DNA of 62,978 nt, filler included, from Thraustochytrium aureum (Eukaryota), in assembly GCA_012862495.1 (NCBI GenBank). It is 7 parts of 3 records of this genome, joined end to end, with 100 filler letters (N's around TTAATTAATTAA, not from the genome) between each part and the next. Parts side by side here need not be neighbours in the genome. Positions count along the whole stretch, not along the records: positions 47,576 to 60,283 come from BLSG01000123.1; positions 60,384 to 61,722 come from BLSG01000132.1; positions 61,823 to 62,978 come from BLSG01000132.1; 4 more parts are not named here. One strand, given 5' to 3'. The stretch's first letter is position 1, and each line of letters opens with the position of its first letter. Under the pieces are notes generated by a model. That model searched no databases, was not told the origin of the DNA, and saw only the letters and a list, made by a program, of their open reading frames with translations. Shown one piece after another: positions 57,573 to 62,978 of this stretch. The position numbers and the translations under genes are program-made.

Positions 57573-60031
57573 ATGTCAAAGCACAAAGACGGCGCCGTCG
57601 TGGTGCGCCAGGCGCACGGCGACCTGGAGGCTGCGCAGCAGGCTGCGCAGCAGAGCGAGGTCGAAGACTTTGAAGAACGCATGGTCGAGCGGCGGGACGC
57701 CGAGCTTGACGAGGCCGAACTCGGCGCGCAGCGAAGGCGGCGAAAGCTCCCGATGCCCGACGCCCGCAAGATGGCGCCCTCGGTCTCGCAGGTCGAGTCG
57801 TTCGCAGAGTCCTTCTTCGGCGTCGACCGGGGACCTGCACTGCCAGAAGTGACCCGCCTCGAGGGCGGCGAGCAGGTCGTCGAAAGGGACGAGTCGCTGC
57901 TCCTCAGCGCGCTAAACCCGTACTCGAAGCGGATCGCCGTCGTGCCCGTGCGCATCTTCGTCATCCTGGTCGTGTACACAGCCGGTATCGCCGTTACGTT
58001 CCGAGGCAAGTTCGACAGTGACGCCGCTGCGGTCGGCATCGCCGCCGTCCTCTCCCCCGGTAGTCGTCCGCCTCTGCCTCTTCATCTCTGAGCGCAAGGT
58101 GTTTCGCGCAGTGCACGACCGCAAGAAGAAGGGCCAATACCCGATGGTGGACTGGATGAGCTTTACGCTTTTCATGGACGCACTCTACAACACGATCAGC
58201 GCTGCAAAGCAAAGCGGCGACCCGCGCGACACGGACGCGATCCGCTCCACCGCCGCCGTGCACGACGAGCGCTCAAAGGCCGAGTTTGCGCAGGATGGGC
58301 GCTTCTTCTTTGACTTTGTAGCCGACACCGGCGATGGGTTCGACCCAACCTTTACGGTAGCGAGCCTCCTTGGGAAGCGGTCGCTTAGCGTGGTGGAGCG
58401 CCGCGAGGGCGGCAAAGCCCACGCTGTGGAGCTGCCCCGCGCGCGCGTGGTCTGCCACGGCGGCGACATCTGCTACCCGTTCTCCACGTACGAAAACTTC
58501 TTCTTCCGCTTCATCCAGCCGTACAGCTGGGCGTTTCCGCGCGTCGCGAGCGCCGGCGAGGCCATGTACCTTGCCGCGGGCAACCACGAGTACATGGACG
58601 GCCTCGACGGGTTCCGCAACATCATCCTCCCGCGCAAGAACATTGGCGGCTGGCGCACGCCGCAAGCAAGCTCGTACTTTGCAATAGAGCTTCCGCGCGG
58701 CTGGGTCATGTTTGTGCTCGACATTGGGCCCGAGCCGGAGGACATGGACCAGCACCAGATCGATTGGTTCAACAACGTCGTCCAAGGCCTCCACAAGGAC
58801 GACCGCATCATCCTGATGTACCACGTCCCCGACTGGATCAAGTGCGGCAACATGGGCTACACCAACATGGCGCGCCTGAGGGCTTGGCGACGCGAGCTTG
58901 GCGCTCGCGTTCGCCTTGTGCTCACTGGGGACCTGCACTACTACCGCCGGATGGAGGAGCGGGACGAGGACCTCGGCCTCGGCCCGTTCCGAGCTTTGTC
59001 GCAGACCAAGCCGAAACCAGGGCGAGAAGATTGACGCCGAGGCTTCGCCGGCGCAGCTGTCCGCAGCTGTGGGACCGGACCAAGGGGTGGAGGAGCCGCT
59101 GCCGAATGCCTCCAACTGCTGTGAAACGGACAAGACGCAGTTCATGGTGGTCGGCAACGGCGGCGCCTTCAACCACGCCACGCACTTTCCGGCCATCACC
59201 AGCTCGCGCCTCCTCGGCGAGGACAAGATTCTCGATGTCAAGTGCGAGTACCCCTCGAAGCGCGTCTCCGAGCGGGTCTGGCGCGAGCTGTGGCCCTTCA
59301 TGTTTATGACGACAACCAACCACATCTACTCGCGCGTGCTGGGCGGCATGTACATGGTGTTTTTCGTCGCGGTGAGCCCTCTCAGCTACGAGCGCGGCGT
59401 GGACTGGGGCAACCTCGTGACCGCGGCGGGCACGAGCCCGTTCTTCTACTTTTCGCTCGTGTTCATGCTCATCGTGCACCACATCATGGTAACGGCCAAC
59501 TTTGAGATCAACACGCTGCGCAAGGTCTTTGTTTCGACCAACCTCATCCTGTGGCACACGGTCGGCCATGTCATGCTCGCGATTCTATTCCGCTATTTTG
59601 TGGACCAGGTCCTCTTTTACCTGGCGAGCGAATCCCAAGCCTGGGCCGACGCCGCCTGGCAGCTGACGCTCGCGTACTGCTTTGCCGGCAACGTGGCCAT
59701 GTTCCTCATCGGGACCGTCTTCGCCCCGTTCCTCACCATGTACTACTTTTACTTTTCGCTCACGTTTGCTGATTGGCACTACAACGAGGCAGTGTCCATG
59801 ATCCAGATCGCGGACTTTAAGGGCTTTTTGCGGATTGCGATCACAAGCGAGGGCGACCTCGAGCTCTACTCGATTGTTGCCGACAAGACGCCCAAAGACT
59901 GGATCGACGTCGCTCCGCACCGTCGCACCCAAGAGGATCCGGCTGCTCTGCTCTCCCCGGAGCTGCGCTATCGACTTCTCGAAAAGGTCTTGCTGCGCAA
60001 GTTTCCCAAGAACCCAGACCTGGCAGAATAA
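57573..60031 (+). CDS. Membrane-bound calcineurin-like metallophosphoesterase; frameshifts near 58055 and 59025
   Basis: FDFVADTGDG, GGDICYP, GNHEYMDGL, GGWRTPQASSYFAIELP, GDLHYYRR, GNGGAF.H.TH, NEA.S.IQIADFKGFLR. Hydrophobic segments flank the catalytic domain. Confidence 0.85.
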
Positions 60032-60179
60032 GGACGCTGCGTAAAGAAAGCGAGGATTCTGTCGATTGTTTCTGCAACCGTATCGCGGACGGCTCTGCAC
60101 AGCTGAATTCTGAGGTCAGCTACCGTTGCAAGCAAAGACTTTGCGCCTCGCGTCGCCGACGGATCGGCCCGCTTTCCAG

Positions 60180-60283
60180 GTGCAAAGGGGCCCGCTGCCC
60201 AGTGCAAAAGGGGCCCGCTGCCCAGTGCAAAAGGGGCCCGCTGCCCAGTGCAAAAGGGGCCCGCTGCCCAGGTGCAAAACGGG
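60180..60283 (+). repeat. 23-bp minisatellite at the scaffold end
   Basis: gtgcaaaaggggcccgctgccca, about 4.5 copies, running into the linker. Confidence 0.92.
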
Positions 60284-60383
60284 NNNNNNNNNNNNNNNNN
60301 NNNNNNNNNNNNNNNNNNNNNNNNNNNTTAATTAATTAANNNNNNNNNNNNNNNNNNNNNNNNNNNNNNNNNNNNNNNNNNNN
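60284..60383. other. Artificial scaffold linker 5
   Basis: 44 N + TTAATTAATTAA (60328-60339) + 44 N. Confidence 0.97.
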
Positions 60384-60494
60384 GACGCGTACGACGAGCA
60401 AGAGGGGGGCGAGGAGGACGCCGACGCCGCCGAGGCAGGGCAGGCCCCGGCTGATGAGGAAGAGGACGAATACGACGAGGTTATGCTAGACTAG
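60384..60494 (+). CDS. Acidic C-terminal tail of an unidentified truncated gene
   Basis: DAYDEQEGGEEDADAAEAGQAPADEEEDEYDEVMLD* with coding-like codon usage. Confidence 0.5.
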   Translation, partial: DAYDEQEGGEEDADAAEAGQAPADEEEDEYDEVMLD

Positions 60495-60570
60495 CCGCCC
60501 GCCGCCTCGCGGGGACCGCCTTCTACGCGCCGCAGCGCTTCCGTATCTTTAGAAAGAAAGTAGGGTACTG

Positions 60571-61421
60571 TCAGCCGCGTAGCCTCTGGTGCGCCGACGA
60601 AGAGGACGACGCGCGCCCGTCCTCGAGCGCCTGCGTCGTGGTCTCCGTCCTCGTCTCGACGCGGCCGTCCGCGTGCGTCACCGTCGTCTCCTTGGTTGTG
60701 ATGCGCTTTCCATCCCGCATCGAGGTGGTCGTCCGGACCGATTTGGACACTCCGCCCGAGCTAGACTGAAACGTCGAAGAGAACGTCTGCGAGGAGGCCC
60801 CGCCAAATATGCCGCCACCAAACGCGCCGCCCCCGAAGAAGTCGTCGTCGTCTCCAAATCCACTCGAAAACAGGCTTGGGCCGAAGAAACTGTCTCCCGA
60901 AAAGGCCCCTGCCATGGCCCCCGCCGACGCGGCCGAGTGGCCCTCCCGTGGGCCCCGGTCCCCCCTGCGCCCGTTCGAGCGCGAGCGCGAGCGGCGCCGG
61001 TCGTCCGCTGCGCGGTGCGAGTCCGGAAACCCACGAAAGAAAGGATCGTCGTCGAAGAAGCCGGACATGAACCCGTTGGGGCCAAAGTCTGCTCGAAAAA
61101 CTGCTCGAACAAGTCCCTGGCGCGGTCCATGCGGGCGCGGTCTTGCGCGGCCCGTGCGCTCGTGCCAGCGCCGCCGCCGAGCTCAAGGCCGCGGCGGCCG
61201 AACCGGTCATACAGGTCTCGCTTTTGCGGGTCCGAGAGCACTTCATAGGCCTCCGCAACGAGCTTGAACATGGCCTCTGCCTCGTGCCTGTCGCCGCCCT
61301 TGTTCTTGTCCGGGTGAAACCGCAGCGCAAGCTTGCGGTACTGCTTCTTGATCTGCTTATCATCCGCGTTGCGCTCCACCTGCAGCACCTCATAATAGTC
61401 AAGCTCCTCTTCCGACCCCAT
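60571..61421 (-). CDS. DNAJB6/B8-like class B J-domain chaperone; frameshift near 61085
   Basis: DYYEVLQV...[13 protein letters not shown]...[24 protein letters not shown], a G/F-rich region and an S/T-rich C-terminus ([19 protein letters not shown]). Confidence 0.9.
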
Positions 61422-61558
61422 CCTCGCGTCGGCTTGCGCCCCTTCAGGCGCCGCTCGCCGGCCGGCCGGCCTCCTTGCCACCGCGCGAGTCTGCCGAAGC
61501 CCAAGTGGCCGCCGAGCACCAGCGCGCCCTCCGGCGCCGGATCCCGCCCCGCAAGAGG

Positions 61559-61561
61559 CAA

Positions 61562-61596
<35 letters not shown>

Positions 61597-61620
61597 GATC
61601 GAACGAACGAGCGAACGAAC
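61559..61620 (+). repeat. (GCAC)n / (CGAA)n microsatellites
   Basis: About 9 gcac units followed by gaac units, upstream of the DnaJ gene. Confidence 0.85.
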
Positions 61621-61722
61621 GCAGAGCGCCTACCGCGCGCCAGCCCCTACGCACCGCAGCGCGACCGCTCGCTGCCCAGCGCCTGCGCGCGCGCGCCCCG
61701 GATCGGGATCTGGATCGGGATC

Positions 61723-61822
61723 NNNNNNNNNNNNNNNNNNNNNNNNNNNNNNNNNNNNNNNNNNNNTTAATTAATTAANNNNNNNNNNNNNNNNNNNNNN
61801 NNNNNNNNNNNNNNNNNNNNNN
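61723..61822. other. Artificial scaffold linker 6
   Basis: 44 N + TTAATTAATTAA (61767-61778) + 44 N. Confidence 0.97.
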
Positions 61823-61857
61823 AAAAAGCCGCAAGCCGCCTGACATGTCATGTCATG

Positions 61858-62978
61858 TCATGTCCGGCTGTTGATGATATACTTGAGCTTGGCGACGATG
61901 TACGCGGCCCGCTCGGCGCAGACCTTCTCTGTCTCGCCCTCGACCTCGTACCGGAGCGCCACCTCGCCGGTGCTGGAGTGGCCCCCGTCCTTCCAAACGA
62001 TCTGGATGCTCGCCGGGTCGTCCGGAAGGATGTTGATTCGCCGGATCTCGTCGATGGCACGCTCGCGGCGCTTGACGCTCTGGTTTGGCAGGATGGTCTT
62101 GCCCAAGTCCTTTTGCTGCTTCTTATTGTACACCTTCTGAAAGTCGATCCCAATGACGCGCGGCTGGCGCTTGCCCCACTTGTTGGTCTTTATCACGTTC
62201 CACTCCTCGTAAAGGGCCGCGGTGTGCACGTTGAAGAGGAAGTCGTCCGGGTCGATGCGCGCTGCAGACCGGCGCGTGATGTCGACGTTGTCGACGTGAA
62301 TGGCGGCCGAGTCGCGACGATCGCGCAGAGAGTCGCCGATCTCGTCCCGCGTCTCCGAAGAGCTCGACGGCGCGTCCGCGTAACGCTTGCGGCGCACCTC
62401 GAGCTCGCGAACCCCGAGCTCGTACACGTCGTCTTGCATCGAGATGACGCGCCCGCCGCACAAGAGCTGGTAGTCCTCAAGGAACGAGAGCTCCAGCTTG
62501 TCCCACCGTTCGCGCAGCACGTCGATGGCCTTCGTTCCGGGAAACGATTTCGTCGTGACGCGAATGTCCTTCTCTGCGTAGTTGAGCTGGATCAAAATGT
62601 ACCCAAACTTTTTCTCGATCTCCAGCTTGGGCTGGTCTGTGCTTGAGGCTGTCTCTGTCTTCGAGTCTTGCAGAATGACGTCCTCCCCGGGCCGCGTGCA
62701 CAGGCAGAGCTCTACGGTCTCGCCTTCGAAAAAGTTGACCACCTGCCCGGCGCCGTCCAGGGCTGGGAAGTCCTCGTCAGGCAGGCCGTCCTCCTCGTGC
62801 AGCCGCAGCTCAAACTTGCCTGGGGGCGCCGACTTGAGCTGGCCGTCCTGCTCGAGCACCAGCTCGATCATGCGCGCGATCGTCACGTTCATCGGCGCTC
62901 TGACGCGGACCTGGCGCCGGTCAGGCATGTACACCAGGACGTCCAGAGCGGCTTCGGCGTTGCCATAGCTGTCACCAG
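61858..62978 (-). CDS. SIN1: TORC2 subunit SIN1/Avo1-like (CRIM, ubiquitin-like/RBD, SIN1-type PH); 5' truncated by the window
   Basis: CRIM signature FELRLHEEDGLPDEDFPALD. PH signature YEEWNVIKTNKWGKRQPRVIGID...AAYIVAKLKYI. Confidence 0.8.
   Translation of the reverse strand, partial: GDSYGNAEAALDVLVYMPDRRQVRVRAPMNVTIARMIELVLEQDGQLKSAPPGKFELRLHEEDGLPDEDFPALDGAGQVVNFFEGETVELCLCTRPGEDVILQDSKTETASSTDQPKLEIEKKFGYILIQLNYAEKDIRVTTKSFPGTKAIDVLRERWDKLELSFLEDYQLLCGGRVISMQDDVYELGVRELEVRRKRYADAPSSSSETRDEIGDSLRDRRDSAAIHVDNVDITRRSAARIDPDDFLFNVHTAALYEEWNVIKTNKWGKRQPRVIGIDFQKVYNKKQQKDLGKTILPNQSVKRRERAIDEIRRINILPDDPASIQIVWKDGGHSSTGEVALRYEVEGETEKVCAERAAYIVAKLKYIINSRT

Noticed and set aside
60180..60283. CRISPR array
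   Set aside because: The units are contiguous with no spacers, the context is eukaryotic, and there are no cas genes.
60384..60494. Acidic tail called as tubulin
   Set aside because: Only 36 residues are visible and none of the tubulin core, so it cannot be assigned.
6860..61090. Programmed frameshifting or RNA editing as the cause of the many broken genes
   Set aside because: The shifts go in both directions and share no evident slippery motif. The overlapping flanks at 29618-29927 show a 1-nt indel between two versions of the same sequence. Sequencing error is the simpler explanation.

Overview
GC-rich, intron-poor eukaryotic DNA. The gene content and style suggest a stramenopile, plausibly a labyrinthulomycete/thraustochytrid (inference). 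The window is not one locus: it is seven scaffolds joined by an artificial 100-nt linker (44 N + TTAATTAATTAA + 44 N), with many internal N gaps and frequent single-base frameshifts that look like sequencing errors. Scaffold 1 (1-5810): BRX1, ATG3, a two-intron NDUFB2-like gene, an AFG3/paraplegin-type FtsH protease. Scaffold 2 (5911-21341): two type II glutamine synthetases and an ammonium transporter within about 11 kb, a mucin-like type I membrane protein, a possible decayed MyTH4-FERM relic, and an ankyrin-TPR-RGS-IQ protein. Scaffold 3 (21442-27064): a WW-like hypothetical protein, a histone H2B with two 3' introns around a 12-nt microexon, and a formin. Scaffold 4 (27165-47475): a giant Gly-rich membrane protein, RNase H2C, a Dsd1-type D-serine dehydratase, a J-domain multipass membrane protein, a hypothetical membrane protein, a myosin head. 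Scaffold 5 (47576-60283): a DH-PH RhoGEF, an organellar SerRS, a membrane metallophosphoesterase. Scaffold 6: a DNAJB6-like protein. Scaffold 7: SIN1. I saw no tRNA, rRNA, CRISPR array or intact mobile element. The best leads are the GS-GS-AMT nitrogen cluster, the RGS protein with a zinc-ribbon-like insert, and the intron-containing H2B.
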